Under the pieces are notes generated by a model. It searched no databases. It had not been told where the DNA came from and saw only the letters and a program-made list of their open reading frames with translations. Position numbers and translations under genes: made by a program. 64,000 bases of DNA from Callorhinchus milii. Its lineage: Eukaryota. Location: NCBI RefSeq assembly GCF_018977255.1, contig NW_024704742.1:80664001-80728000 (forward strand), given 5' to 3'. Below, one piece after another: positions 63,945-64,000 of the stretch. Position 1 is the first letter of the stretch. The number at the start of each line of letters is the position of its first letter.

Positions 63945-64000
63945 CATAGAATCATAGAATTATACCGCACAGAAGAAGGCCATTCAGCCTATTTTGTCTG
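63945..64000 (-). mobile_element. CR1 3' end running off the window
   Basis: TCATAGAATCATAGAA..GAAGGCCATTCAGCC. Confidence 0.8.

Overview
This is eukaryotic, repeat-dense vertebrate DNA. The mix of L2 and CR1 LINEs, tRNA-derived SINEs with L2-type tails, Deu-domain SINEs and a Penelope-like element points to a cartilaginous fish (inference). I recognise no intact host protein-coding gene: nearly all long ORFs are retroelement ORF2 fragments or their antisense/off-frame shadows, so the window reads as intergenic or deep intronic. Highlights: (1) a ~96-nt 2-Cys peroxiredoxin coding fragment lodged inside a SINE tail; (2) an old non-LTR family that is neither L2 nor CR1 (FADD reverse transcriptase, C-terminal zinc finger, its own poly(A)-ended 3' UTR), reconstructable from about six scattered pieces; (3) a young L2 subfamily that spread despite a shared C-terminal frameshift; (4) a Penelope-like element with inverted termini and a decayed hammerhead ribozyme; (5) an apparently chimeric tRNA-Ala SINE; (6) an orphan poly(A)/TSD insertion; (7) Gypsy and hAT fossils and a few candidate small exons and enhancers. 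Repeat boundaries are approximate. Family names come from recalled consensus motifs, not database searches. I see no CRISPR array or prokaryote-style system, and no demonstrably new biological system.
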